A stretch of DNA of 24,000 nt from an uncultured Oscillospiraceae bacterium (GCA_910585265.1 CAJUCA010000005.1:11343-35342); one strand, 5' to 3'; shown: positions 8,842 through 15,499, counted from the stretch's first letter. Numbers and translations: made by a program. Notes: generated by a model not told the origin, from the letters alone.

Positions 8842-8899
8842 GGACGCCATCGCCGCGAAGGCCCTGGCCCTCACCGGCGAGCTGCTCTCCCGGGTGTAG
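8842..8899 (+). pseudogene. Relic copy of the glf 3' end (displaced original C-terminal coding tail)
   Basis: The 15-nt sequence GGACGCCATCGCCGC is identical to 8684-8698 inside glf. The following codons read DAIAAKALALTGELLSRV*, versus the live tail DAIAARALTLTDGML*. It has no RBS and is out of frame with glf. Confidence 0.5.
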
Positions 8900-8967
8900 G
8901 GCCGCGCATTGCGCGCCCCCGCGTCCCCCCTGCACCGCGGGACGGGCGGACAATGTCCGCCCCTACA
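8894..8967 (+). repeat. Multi-hairpin GC-rich element closed by TGTAGGG/CCCTACA
   Basis: A 7-bp closing stem (8894-8900 / 8961-8967) encloses three hairpins. These are a GCGCA-T-TGCGC-centred hairpin (bulged outer stem), CCCGCG...CGCGGG, and GGGCGGACA-A-TGTCCGCCC (8944-8962). Confidence 0.5.
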
Positions 8968-9009
8968 AATGCTCCCCTATCACATATACAAGACTGGAGC
9001 GAGATAGAA

Positions 9010-10038
9010 ATGGACAAACTGATCACCTTCGCCGTCCCCTGCTACAATTCGGCGGACTATATGGATCACTGCATTGAAACCCTGCTGTCCGCCGGGGAGG
9101 ACGCGGAGATCATCCTGGTGGACGACGGCTCCGCCAGGGACGACACCCCCGCCAAATGCGACGAATGGGCGGCGAAGCACCCGGACATCATCCGGGCCAT
9201 CCACCAGGAAAACGGCGGCCACGGCGAGGGCGTCAACCAGGGCATCCGCCACGCCAGGGGCCTCTATTATAAGGTGGTGGACTCGGACGACTGGCTGGAC
9301 ACGGACGCCCTGGCCCAGGTGGTGGCAAAGCTCCGGGAGTTCGCCGCCATGCCCGCCCCGGTGGATCTGCTCATCGCCAACTATGTCTATGAGCACGTGG
9401 AGGACAACACCCGGAAGGTGATGGGCTACAAAAACGTGTTCCCCACAGGCCAGATCTTCACCTGGGACTCCATCCGCCACTTCCGCACCTCCCAGTACCT
9501 GCTGATGCACTCGGTGATCTACCGCACCCAGCTGCTGCGGGACTGCGGGCTGGAGCTGCCCAAGCACACCTTCTATGTGGACAACATCTTCGTCTACCAG
9601 CCCCTGCCCTTCGTCAAGACCCTGTACTACATGGACCTGGATCTGTACCGCTACTTCATCGGGCGGGCGGACCAGAGCGTGAACGAGTCCGTGATGGCGG
9701 GGCGCATCGACCAGCAGGTCCGGGTGACCAAGCAGATGATCGCCGCCCATGACGTGATGGCCATCAAGGCCACCCAGCCCCGGCTGGGCCGCTATATGCT
9801 GAACTACCTGTCTATGATGATGTCCATCTCGTCCATTTTCTCGGTGATCGCCAACACCCCCCAGTCCCTGGGCCTGCGCACCGAGCTTTGGGAGTACCTG
9901 CGGCAGAAGAACGCCGCCCTCTACCGCCGCTGCCGCTACAAGGCCACCAACGTGGGCACCAACATACCGGGCTACCAGGGGCGGAAGCTGTCGGTGGGGC
10001 TGTACCGCCTGGCCCGGAAAATCTACAAATTCAACTGA
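9010..10038 (+). CDS. Family-2 glycosyltransferase (possible galactofuranosyltransferase by context)
   Basis: 342 aa from ATG 9010, with GGAG 10 nt upstream. It has GT-A features: ITFAVPCYNSADYMDHCIETLL, ILVDDGS and VVDSDDWLD (DxD). The Galf role is inferred only from adjacency to glf. Confidence 0.85.
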   Translation: MDKLITFAVPCYNSADYMDHCIETLLSAGEDAEIILVDDGSARDDTPAKCDEWAAKHPDIIRAIHQENGGHGEGVNQGIRHARGLYYKVVDSDDWLDTDALAQVVAKLREFAAMPAPVDLLIANYVYEHVEDNTRKVMGYKNVFPTGQIFTWDSIRHFRTSQYLLMHSVIYRTQLLRDCGLELPKHTFYVDNIFVYQPLPFVKTLYYMDLDLYRYFIGRADQSVNESVMAGRIDQQVRVTKQMIAAHDVMAIKATQPRLGRYMLNYLSMMMSISSIFSVIANTPQSLGLRTELWEYLRQKNAALYRRCRYKATNVGTNIPGYQGRKLSVGLYRLARKIYKFN

Positions 10039-10057
10039 CAAAAGGAGAAATGCAGCC

Positions 10058-10366
10058 ATGTCCGTACAGAACATTACCAACGAGAATTTTGATGAGATCG
10101 TCCTGCGCTCCGACAAGCCCGTGCTGGTGGACTTCTGGGCCGAGTGGTGCGGCCCCTGCCGCATGGTGTCCCCCATCGTGGACGAGATCGCCGGGGAGCG
10201 GGACGACATCGTAGTGGGCAAGGTGAACGTGGACGAGCAGAACGAACTGGCCGCCCGGTTCGGCGTGATGAGCATTCCCACCCTGCTGGTGTTCAAGGGC
10301 GGGGAGATCGTCAGCAAGGCGGTGGGCGCGCGGCCCAAGGCGGAGCTGCTGAAGCTGCTGGGTTAA
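10058..10366 (+). CDS. trxA: Thioredoxin
   Basis: 102 aa with the WCGPC active site (FWAEWCGPCRM) and the IPTLLVFKGGE block. RBS AAAGGAG lies upstream. Confidence 0.95.
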   Translation: MSVQNITNENFDEIVLRSDKPVLVDFWAEWCGPCRMVSPIVDEIAGERDDIVVGKVNVDEQNELAARFGVMSIPTLLVFKGGEIVSKAVGARPKAELLKLLG

Positions 10367-10452
10367 AGCACGCGAAGCCGCAGCGGGCGGGGGGACGGAG
10401 CCGGGACGCTTTCAGCCCCGTGCCGCCCCCCCGTCCATCCCCTTCGGAGGGC

Positions 10453-10486
10453 AGCCCTCCCCCCCCTGTGGGGGAGGGCTTTTTTG
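10453..10486 (+). terminator. Rho-independent terminator after trxA
   Basis: Stem AGCCCTCCCC (10453-10462) / GGGGAGGGCT (10471-10480) followed by TTTTTG. Confidence 0.8.
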
Positions 10487-10516
10487 CGCCCTTGCCCCGC
10501 CCCCTTCACGAAAGGA

Positions 10517-10544
10517 TTGCTTTTTCCCAAAAAGCTGATATACT
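10517..10544 (+). promoter_or_regulatory. Candidate promoter (extended -10) for the CNNM-type transporter gene
   Basis: TTGCTT (10517-10522), a 16-nt spacer, then TG-A-TATACT (10536-10544). Confidence 0.4.
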
Positions 10545-10556
10545 GTAATCCGTTAG

Positions 10557-10605
10557 GGTCTGCGCCGCATAGAATAGGGCGGCAAATCAAACAGACCGCT
10601 GTTTT
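10557..10605 (+). promoter_or_regulatory. 5'-leader stem-loop with trailing U-run upstream of the CNNM-type gene
   Basis: Outer stem GGTCTG (10557-10562) / CAGACC (10592-10597) and inner stem GCCGC (10564-10568) / GCGGC (10579-10583). GCTGTTTTA follows, and the RBS AGGAGG is at 10609-10614. Confidence 0.35.
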
Positions 10606-10623
10606 AGTAGGAGGTTATCCATC

Positions 10624-11970
10624 TTGCCCGACGACCCGTTATTACCGAAGCTGATCATCCTGATCGTCCTGATCCTGATCAACGCCTTCTTCGCCGCCGC
10701 CGAGATCGCCGTCATCTCCCTGTCCGAGTCCAAGCTCCGCAAGCAGGCCGAGGAGGGGGACAAAAAAGCGGCCCGGCTCCTGTCCCTCACCCAGACCCCC
10801 GACCACTTCCTGTCCGCCATTCAGATCGCCATCACCCTGGCCGGGTTCCTGTCCTCCGCCTTCGCCGCCGACAGCTTCTCCGACCCGCTGGTGAAGTGGC
10901 TGGCGGAGGATCTGGGGGTCACCGCCCTCTCCCCCGCCGCGCTGAACAACCTGATGGTGGTGCTCATCACCCTCGCGCTGTCCTATTTCAGCCTGGTTCT
11001 GGGCGAGCTGGTGCCCAAGCGCATCGCCATGAAAAAGACGGAGGGGGTGGCCCGGTTCACCCTGGGCGCGGTGTCCGCGGTGGCGGCGGTGTTCCGGCCG
11101 GTGATCTGGCTGCTGTCCAAGTCCACCAACGGGGTGCTGCGGCTGCTGGGCATCGACCCCAGGGCGGACAACCAGGACGTGAGCGAGGACGAGATCCGCA
11201 TGATGGTGGACCTGGGCGAGGAGCGGGGAGCCATCGAGTCCTCCGAGAAGGAGCTTATCGAGAACATCTTCGAGTTCAACAACACCACCGCCGAGGACGT
11301 GATGATCCACCGCACCGACATGGTGATGGTGTGGGTGGAGGACACCGGCGAGGACGTGCTCAACGCCATCCTCGCCTCCGGGCGGTCCCGGTTCCCGGTG
11401 TACCGGGAGGACGCGGACGACATCGTGGGCATACTCAACACCCGGGACTTCCTGCTCAACGCCCAGGAGGACGCCCCCAAGCCCCTCACGCAGCTGATCC
11501 GGCCCGCCTACTTCGTGCCGGAGTCGGTGCGCACCGACGTGCTGTTCCGGGATATGCAGAGCAAAAAGGTACATATGGCCATTGTGGTGGACGAGTACGG
11601 CGGCACCTCCGGCCTTGTGACCATGGAGGATCTGCTGGAGGAGATCGTGGGCAATATCTACGACGAGTTCGACACTCCGGAGGAAAAGGAGATCGAGCAG
11701 GTGGAGCCGGGCCTGTGGCGGGTGTCCGGCGGCTGCCCCCTGGAGCAGGTGGCGGAGGCCCTGGGGGTGGAGTTCCCCGAGGAGGAGGAGTCAGACACCC
11801 TGGGCGGGCTGGTGTTCGCCCAGCTGTCCGTTATCCCGGAGGACGGGGCCCAGATCGAGGTGGACGCCCACGGCCTGCGCATCCAGGTGCTGGGCTTCGC
11901 CGACCGGCGGGTGGAGCGCGCCCTGGTGTCCAAGCTGGACCCGGCCCCGGAGGAGAGCCAGGAAGCATAA
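10624..11970 (+). CDS. CNNM/CorC-HlyC family protein (DUF21 TM domain, CBS pair, CorC_HlyC domain; putative divalent-cation transporter)
   Basis: 448 aa. The TTG start lies 9 nt after AGGAGG. It has an N-terminal 4-TM DUF21-like region, a central CBS pair (RTDMVMV...VGILNTRDFL) and a C-terminal GLRIQVLGFADRRVERALV transporter-associated domain. Confidence 0.9.
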   Translation: MPDDPLLPKLIILIVLILINAFFAAAEIAVISLSESKLRKQAEEGDKKAARLLSLTQTPDHFLSAIQIAITLAGFLSSAFAADSFSDPLVKWLAEDLGVTALSPAALNNLMVVLITLALSYFSLVLGELVPKRIAMKKTEGVARFTLGAVSAVAAVFRPVIWLLSKSTNGVLRLLGIDPRADNQDVSEDEIRMMVDLGEERGAIESSEKELIENIFEFNNTTAEDVMIHRTDMVMVWVEDTGEDVLNAILASGRSRFPVYREDADDIVGILNTRDFLLNAQEDAPKPLTQLIRPAYFVPESVRTDVLFRDMQSKKVHMAIVVDEYGGTSGLVTMEDLLEEIVGNIYDEFDTPEEKEIEQVEPGLWRVSGGCPLEQVAEALGVEFPEEEESDTLGGLVFAQLSVIPEDGAQIEVDAHGLRIQVLGFADRRVERALVSKLDPAPEESQEA

Positions 11971-11986
11971 GAGCTTGTATTCACAG
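11971..11986 (+). repeat. Solo terminal-repeat-like sequence related to the left end of the element at 22852
   Basis: GAGCTTGTATTCACAG matches GAACCTGTATTCACAG (22852-22867) at 14/16 positions. It directly follows the TAA stop (11968-11970). I found no partner end nearby. Confidence 0.4.
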
Positions 11987-12009
11987 GGCCCGGAGTGTTC
12001 TCCGGGCCC
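11986..12009 (+). terminator. Hairpin after the CNNM-type gene (terminator-like, no U-tract)
   Basis: A 9-bp stem GGGCCCGGA (11986-11994) / TCCGGGCCC (12001-12009). The downstream sequence is GC-rich, so termination may be partial. Confidence 0.45.
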
Positions 12010-12033
12010 GCCGCGAAAGGTTGTGTCACCCCC

Positions 12034-12699
12034 TTGAACATTTTCGATATCATGGGCCCCGTCATGGTGGGCCCGTCCTCGTCCCACACCGCCGGGGCCG
12101 TCCGCATGGGCTATGTGGGCCGGAAGCTGCTGGGCTTCCAGCCCGCCCGGGCCAACATCGCCCTCCACGGCTCCTTCGCCGCCACCGGCGCGGGCCACGG
12201 CACCGATAAGGCCATCGTGGCCGGACTGCTGGCCATGAAGCCCGACGATCCCGGCATACCCCGCAGCCTCCAGCTGGCCCGGGAGGCCCGGATGGACGTG
12301 CGCATCCAGACCGTGGACCTGCGGGACGCCCACCCCAACACCGCTGTCATGACCCTCATTGGAGAGCGGGGCCGCACGGTGGTGGTGAACGCCTCCTCCC
12401 TGGGGGGCGGGCGGATCCGGGTGAACTCCATCGACGGCATGGCCGCCGCTTTCTCCGGCGACCTGCCCACCCTGGTGGTCCGCAACCAGGACAAGCCCGG
12501 GATCGTCTCGGAGGTAGCCTCCTGCCTGGCCTACCACGACGTGAACATCGCCGCCATGCAGCTCTACCGGGACCACCGGGAGGGCCTGTCCGTCATGGTG
12601 CTGGAGTGCGACCAGCCCCTCACCCCGGAGATCATCGGAAATATCCAGCTGCTGGGCGGCGTGGTGCGCTGCATCTATTTAAATCTTTCGGAGGATTGA
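12034..12699 (+). CDS. sdaAB: L-serine dehydratase, iron-sulfur-dependent, beta subunit
   Basis: (M)NIFDIMGPVMVGPSSSHTAGA is the typical SdaAB N-terminus, and there is an ACT-like C-terminal domain. The TTG 12034 start is chosen because GTG 11995 lies inside the upstream hairpin loop. The start remains uncertain. Confidence 0.9.
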   Translation: MNIFDIMGPVMVGPSSSHTAGAVRMGYVGRKLLGFQPARANIALHGSFAATGAGHGTDKAIVAGLLAMKPDDPGIPRSLQLAREARMDVRIQTVDLRDAHPNTAVMTLIGERGRTVVVNASSLGGGRIRVNSIDGMAAAFSGDLPTLVVRNQDKPGIVSEVASCLAYHDVNIAAMQLYRDHREGLSVMVLECDQPLTPEIIGNIQLLGGVVRCIYLNLSED

Positions 12700-12700
12700 T

Positions 12701-13546
12701 ATGTTCGGTTCAGTGGAAGCGATGCTGTCCGCGTCGGCGGACAAGCCCCTGTGGAGGGCTGTGTTAGAGGACGACTGCCAGGACCGGGACGCGGACCCCG
12801 CCGCCAGCCTGGCCCGCATGGGCAGGCTGTGGCAGGCCATGAAGGAGTCGTTGGAGGAGTACGACCCCGCCCGCCGCTCCGCCAGCGGCCTGTCCGGGGG
12901 GCAGGGGGCCAGGATGGCCGATTTAGCCGACCCCATCTGCGGATCGTTCGTCCAGGAGGTGGCCTCCGTGGCCCTGAAGCTGGGGGAACACAACGCCTGT
13001 ATGGGCCGGATCGTGGCCGCCCCCACCGCCGGGGCCTGCGGCGTTCTGCCCGCGGTGCTCATCCCCCTCCAGCGGCGGGAGGGCCTGTCCGACGAGACCA
13101 TGGTGGAGTGCCTGTACGTGTCCGCCGGATTCGGGCAGGTCATCGCCCAGCGGGCCTCCATCTCCGGGGCGGAGGGGGGCTGTCAGGCGGAGGTGGGCTC
13201 CGCCTCCGCCATGGCCGCCGCCGCCCTCATCCACGCCCGGGGCGGCCCCGGGGCGCGGATGGCCGCCGCCTGCGCCATGGCCCTGCAAAACGTGATGGGG
13301 CTGGTGTGCGACCCGGTGGCGGGTCTGGTGGAGTGCCCCTGCGTGAAGCGCAACGTGATGGGGGCGGTGAACGCCCTCACCTGCGCGGACATGGCCCTGG
13401 CGGGGCTGTCCAGCCCCATCCCCTGCGACGAGGTCATCGACGCCATGGGCGCGGTGGGCCGGAGCCTGCCCTCCGCCCTGCGGGAGACGGGCCAGGGCGG
13501 GCTGGCCGCCACCCCGGCGGGACGGCGGATCGCCCAGGGGCGGTAA
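12701..13546 (+). CDS. sdaAA: L-serine dehydratase, iron-sulfur-dependent, alpha subunit
   Basis: 281 aa, beginning 1 nt after the sdaAB stop. It has the conserved blocks IVAAPTAGACGVLPAV, GGCQAEVGSASAMAAA and GLVCDPVAGLVECPCVKRN. Confidence 0.92.
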   Translation: MFGSVEAMLSASADKPLWRAVLEDDCQDRDADPAASLARMGRLWQAMKESLEEYDPARRSASGLSGGQGARMADLADPICGSFVQEVASVALKLGEHNACMGRIVAAPTAGACGVLPAVLIPLQRREGLSDETMVECLYVSAGFGQVIAQRASISGAEGGCQAEVGSASAMAAAALIHARGGPGARMAAACAMALQNVMGLVCDPVAGLVECPCVKRNVMGAVNALTCADMALAGLSSPIPCDEVIDAMGAVGRSLPSALRETGQGGLAATPAGRRIAQGR

Positions 13547-14092
13547 ATGAAAGGATTTGTGCGGGATAACCAGCTGCTTTCTCTCTGCGGCCTGAACTGC
13601 GGGCTTTGTTCCATGAAGCTGGGCGGACACTGTTCCGGATGCGGAAATGGGAATCAGTCCTGCAAAATCGCAGGATGCAGCCTGGAGCACGGCGGTGTAA
13701 GCTACTGTTTCCAGTGCCCCGAGTATCCCTGTGACCAATATCTGCACATCGACGACTACGATTCGTTCATCACCCATCAGAACCAAAAAGCCAACCTTGA
13801 ACGGGCAAAGGCCATTGGCATGAACCGCTACAACGAGGAACAGCGGGAAAGAGTCCGAATATTGAAGCTGCTCCTGGCCCACTATAACGACGGGCGGAGA
13901 AAAACCTTTTTCTGCTTGGCGGCAAACCTTCTGCCCCTCTCCGCGCTCCAAACGGCTGTCAGCCAGCTCCAGGGCTCAGAGGATTTGGACTTGAAAGAAC
14001 GGTCCGCTCAAGCGGTATGCCTGCTCCAGAGCTCTGCCAACGCCCACGGCATTCTGCTGAAGCTGCGCAAAAAGCCCCGTTCAGGTTCTTAG
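13547..14092 (+). CDS. Cys-rich DUF3795-like protein
   Basis: 181 aa, with its ATG immediately after the sdaAA stop (TAAATG). The pattern CGLNCGLC...CSGCGNG...C...C...CFQCPEYPC matches my recollection of DUF3795. It is noticeably less GC-rich than its neighbours. Confidence 0.75.
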   Translation: MKGFVRDNQLLSLCGLNCGLCSMKLGGHCSGCGNGNQSCKIAGCSLEHGGVSYCFQCPEYPCDQYLHIDDYDSFITHQNQKANLERAKAIGMNRYNEEQRERVRILKLLLAHYNDGRRKTFFCLAANLLPLSALQTAVSQLQGSEDLDLKERSAQAVCLLQSSANAHGILLKLRKKPRSGS

Positions 14093-14252
14093 AGCCTGTT
14101 TAAAATCTATCAAAACGCCATCTTGGCACATCTTTTTCCGCTGGCCGGCGTTGATTTGACTTGAAATACACAAAGTATTCCTGCGCCAAATCGCCTTGTC
14201 CAGCGAAAAAATCTGCGCCTGTCTGGCATTCCGCCAGATTTTAAACAGGCTC
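14092..14252 (+). mobile_element. 161-bp hairpin MITE-like non-autonomous element (copy A)
   Basis: It has perfect 17-bp TIRs GAGCCTGTTTAAAATCT (14092-14108) / AGATTTTAAACAGGCTC (14236-14252). TTA flanks both sides (14089-14091 and 14253-14255). The interior is an AT-richer imperfect palindrome with no conserved ORF. Confidence 0.7.
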
Positions 14253-14275
14253 TTAGACCAGTCAACCCGGCAGGC

Positions 14276-14312
14276 ACAGGCCCGCTGTCATTTGACAGCG
14301 GGCCTGTTTTTT
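14276..14312 (+). terminator. Rho-independent terminator (plus-strand oriented) downstream of the DUF3795 gene and element A
   Basis: A 14-bp stem ACAGGCCCGCTGTC (14276-14289) / GACAGCGGGCCTGT (14294-14307) followed by TTTTTT. It also lies 27 nt past the stop of the minus-strand 70-aa ORF, but has no U-tract in that direction. Confidence 0.75.
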
Positions 14313-14339
14313 GGTATGCTTAACTTCATGTACCCAGGC

Positions 14340-14552
14340 TCAGAGCTTTTTCAGCTCCTGCATCACCCCGTTGACCATCACCCCCGGCACCCAGCCGTTC
14401 AGGAAGTCCCGGAGCTGCTCCAGCGTCACCGTCCGGGCCGCCCCCTTCACCGGGTGCTTGGCCAGCATGGGGATGCGCTTCTGGAACACCGCCCTGCTCT
14501 GGGGGTTGTCCCAAAGCTCCCCCAGGGTGATTTTGTTTTCCTTCAGATCCAT
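14340..14552 (-). CDS. Small hypothetical protein (70 aa)
   Basis: The ATG is preceded by GGAGGTG at 7-nt spacing on the minus strand. Composition is non-repetitive (MDLKENKITLGELWDNPQSRAVFQKRIPMLAKHP...). I cannot assign a family. Confidence 0.6.
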   Translation of the reverse strand: MDLKENKITLGELWDNPQSRAVFQKRIPMLAKHPVKGAARTVTLEQLRDFLNGWVPGVMVNGVMQELKKL

Positions 14553-14617
14553 CTGTACTCACCTCCACAACCATACTATGCGCCGGAGGACGTCCGCTGA
14601 CACGAAAGGAGCGCGAA

Positions 14618-15499
14618 ATGCCGAAACAAAAGAAACCGTCCCGGGGCCAGGAGTGGCGGCACGTTGAAAACAAAAAGCTGGTCTACACCGTCTACTTCGT
14701 CCTGCGGCTGTCGGTGGTGCTGATGCTGGTGGCCCAGTTCTTCAACGGGAACTTTGAGAACGTGCTCCTGTGCGTGCTCACCCTGGTGCTGTTCACCCTG
14801 CCCTCCCTGTTCGAGCGGCGGCTCCACATCGACCTGCCCGACACCCTGGAGATCATTATCCTCCTGTTCATCTACGCCGCCGAGATCCTGGGCGAGATCC
14901 AGTCCTACTATACCCAGTTCCACGGCTGGGACACCATGCTCCACACCATGAACGGCTTCCTCTGCGCCGCCATCGGCTTCGCCCTGGTGGACATACTCAA
15001 CCGGGAGGAAAAGATTTCCCTCCACCTGTCCCCCTTCTTCATGGCGGTGACCGCCTTCTGCTTCTCCATGACCATCGGCGTGCTGTGGGAGTTCTTTGAG
15101 TTCGGCATGGATCAGTGGCTGCTGTTCGATATGCAGAAGGACACGGTGATCAACACCATTTCCACCGTCAACCTGGACCCCAGCCACGGCACCACCGCCG
15201 TGGCAGTCAAGGGCATCCAGGAGGTGATCCTGGTGCTGGAGGACGGCACCCAAATGCCCCTGGGCCTGGGCGGCTACCTGGACGTGGGCATCATCGACAC
15301 CATGAAGGACCTGTTCGTCAACTTCATCGGCGCGGTGGTGTTCTCCACCATCGGCTACTTCTACGTCAAGAGCCGGGGCAAGGGCGGCTTCGCCACCCGG
15401 TTCATCCCCCGGTTCCAGCGCAGGCCTGCCGCCGCGGAGCCTCCCGCCCCCGCCGGGCCGGAAAACGGCGGCGCGCCCCCGGACGATCCCGGCGCATAA
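14618..15499 (+). CDS. Polytopic membrane protein of unknown function (possibly YjdF/DUF2238-like), with a Pro/Ala-rich C-terminal tail
   Basis: 293 aa, with RBS AAGGAG at 14606-14611. It has multiple hydrophobic segments, and the WDTMLHTMNGFLCAAIGF motif resembles DUF2238. The family call is low-confidence. Confidence 0.7.
   Translation: MPKQKKPSRGQEWRHVENKKLVYTVYFVLRLSVVLMLVAQFFNGNFENVLLCVLTLVLFTLPSLFERRLHIDLPDTLEIIILLFIYAAEILGEIQSYYTQFHGWDTMLHTMNGFLCAAIGFALVDILNREEKISLHLSPFFMAVTAFCFSMTIGVLWEFFEFGMDQWLLFDMQKDTVINTISTVNLDPSHGTTAVAVKGIQEVILVLEDGTQMPLGLGGYLDVGIIDTMKDLFVNFIGAVVFSTIGYFYVKSRGKGGFATRFIPRFQRRPAAAEPPAPAGPENGGAPPDDPGA

Noticed and set aside
8684-8899. The glf tail duplication interpreted as a diversity-generating retroelement VR/TR pair.
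   Set aside because: The differences between the copies are not confined to adenines. No reverse transcriptase or accessory gene is nearby. Glf is a cytoplasmic enzyme, not a typical DGR target.
8894-8967. The cloverleaf-like 74-nt structure as a tRNA or tRNA-like gene (either strand).
   Set aside because: The first hairpin has a 1-3 nt loop and no D-loop GG. The middle hairpin has a 6-bp stem with a 12-nt loop rather than 5 bp with 7 nt. There is no TTCRA T-loop, and the third hairpin overlaps the closing stem.
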